Origin: Thermomicrobiales bacterium
GTDB lineage: Bacteria > Chloroflexota > Chloroflexia > Thermomicrobiales > UBA6265
Reading direction: 5' to 3'
Length of the DNA stretch: 37,013 nucleotides
Assembly (NCBI GenBank): GCA_035936055.1
Contig: DASYWL010000163.1
Location: 1-37,013, forward strand
Position numbers and translations under genes: made by a program. The notes beneath the pieces were generated by a model. It ran no database searches, was not told the DNA's origin, and saw only the letters and a program-made list of their open reading frames with translations. Within the stretch, counting starts at the first letter, position 1. Every line of letters starts with the position of its first letter. Shown piece by piece: positions 36,395 through 37,013 of this stretch.

Positions 36395-37013
36395 ATGAAC
36401 GGTGCAGAACTGCTCGTGCAAACCCTCCGAGCGCATGGTGTGGAGCATATGTTCGGCCTCCCGGGGGATACGGGTATGGCGTTCTATGACGCGCTATACC
36501 ACGAGCCGGCGATCACGCATGTGATGACACGCGACGAGCGTTCCGCGTCGTTTATGGCGGACGTCTACGCGCGCGTATCGTACCGGCTCGGTATCTGCGA
36601 GGGTCCGAGTGGCGGTGGGGCGACCTACAGCGTGCCCGGGGTGGCCGAGGCCCATGGCTCCGCCGTGCCGGTTCTCTGCCTGACCTCCGACACGCCAGTG
36701 TCCCAGCAGCACTGGAATGTGCTGACAGAGCTCGACCAGGTGGCGCTGTTCCGCCCCGTCACCGGTTGGACGGAACGCGTGCTGGCGGCGGACTCGATGG
36801 ACGATGCCCTTCGTCGGGCCATTCGCATGGCGATTTCCGGTCGACCGGGCGCCTCGCATCTGTCCATGCCCGAAGACTCGCTCGAGAATGACGTCTTGGA
36901 GAGAGTCGCCCGCCAAAGTGACGAGCGTCTCACCGATCGGTTCCCCCTCTCCCGGCCGCGCGCCGACCGTGCCGAGGTGGACCGGTCGGCTCGCCTGCTG
37001 GTCGAGGCCGAGC
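36395..37013 (+). CDS. Thiamine-pyrophosphate-dependent enzyme (acetolactate-synthase-like), N-terminal fragment continuing beyond the window
   Basis: Not in the ORF track because there is no stop in the window. My translation from the ATG at 36395 is MNGAELLVQTLRAHGVEHMFGLPGDTGMAFYDAL...GPSGGGATY...VPVLCLTSD...TELDQ. This is the TPP_enzyme_N pattern, with no stop for 206 codons. Confidence 0.8.
   Translation, partial: MNGAELLVQTLRAHGVEHMFGLPGDTGMAFYDALYHEPAITHVMTRDERSASFMADVYARVSYRLGICEGPSGGGATYSVPGVAEAHGSAVPVLCLTSDTPVSQQHWNVLTELDQVALFRPVTGWTERVLAADSMDDALRRAIRMAISGRPGASHLSMPEDSLENDVLERVARQSDERLTDRFPLSRPRADRAEVDRSARLLVEAE

Overview
GC-rich bacterial chromosomal segment, with third codon positions mostly G/C. 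It is densely packed with housekeeping genes on both strands, and gene content and order look like core genome. I could not identify the organism; a Chloroflexota/Thermomicrobia-like origin is only a guess. I support about 32 CDS and a Leu-Val-Phe tRNA operon.

The CDS, in order:
- Start to the methyl-cycle operon: partial rhodanese, serine hydrolase, mdh, a hypothetical membrane-associated protein, a sigma-54-dependent NtrC-type response regulator, and a fused aroK-aroB.
- An activated-methyl-cycle operon (adenosine kinase, ahcY, metK), followed by a PII-like DarA-type protein.
- A small SWIM zinc-finger protein, a DUF1232 protein, a small basic tail-anchored protein, and miaB with a TPR protein.
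- A secreted Ser/Thr/Pro-rich protein, an aminotransferase with a GAF-PAS histidine kinase, a TrxR-type ferredoxin-NADP reductase, and trpS.
- An HxlR regulator divergent from a holin-like / metallophosphoesterase / class V aminotransferase operon.
- rpsA, clpC-radA, murG-like, lspA-rluD-glycerate 2-kinase, and a partial TPP enzyme.

Many ORF-track entries are N-terminally over-extended or are GC-driven antisense or off-frame artefacts. I re-set starts using RBS placement and homologue N-termini.

I see no transposase, integrase, CRISPR array, toxin-antitoxin pair or recognisable defence island, and I cannot claim a clearly novel multi-gene system here.

The observations most worth follow-up are:
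1. A strongly RBS-equipped 12-codon ORF whose stop codon abuts an intrinsic terminator, in the unusually long leader of the SWIM gene.
2. A near-consensus sigma-54 promoter in front of the hypothetical gene that lies next to the sigma-54 activator.
3. A structured leader of about 115 nt in front of the adoK-ahcY-metK operon that matches no riboswitch class I can recall.
4. An unlisted start giving an 87-codon ORF coupled to the darA stop codon.
5. A G9 homopolymer inside the secreted-protein gene.
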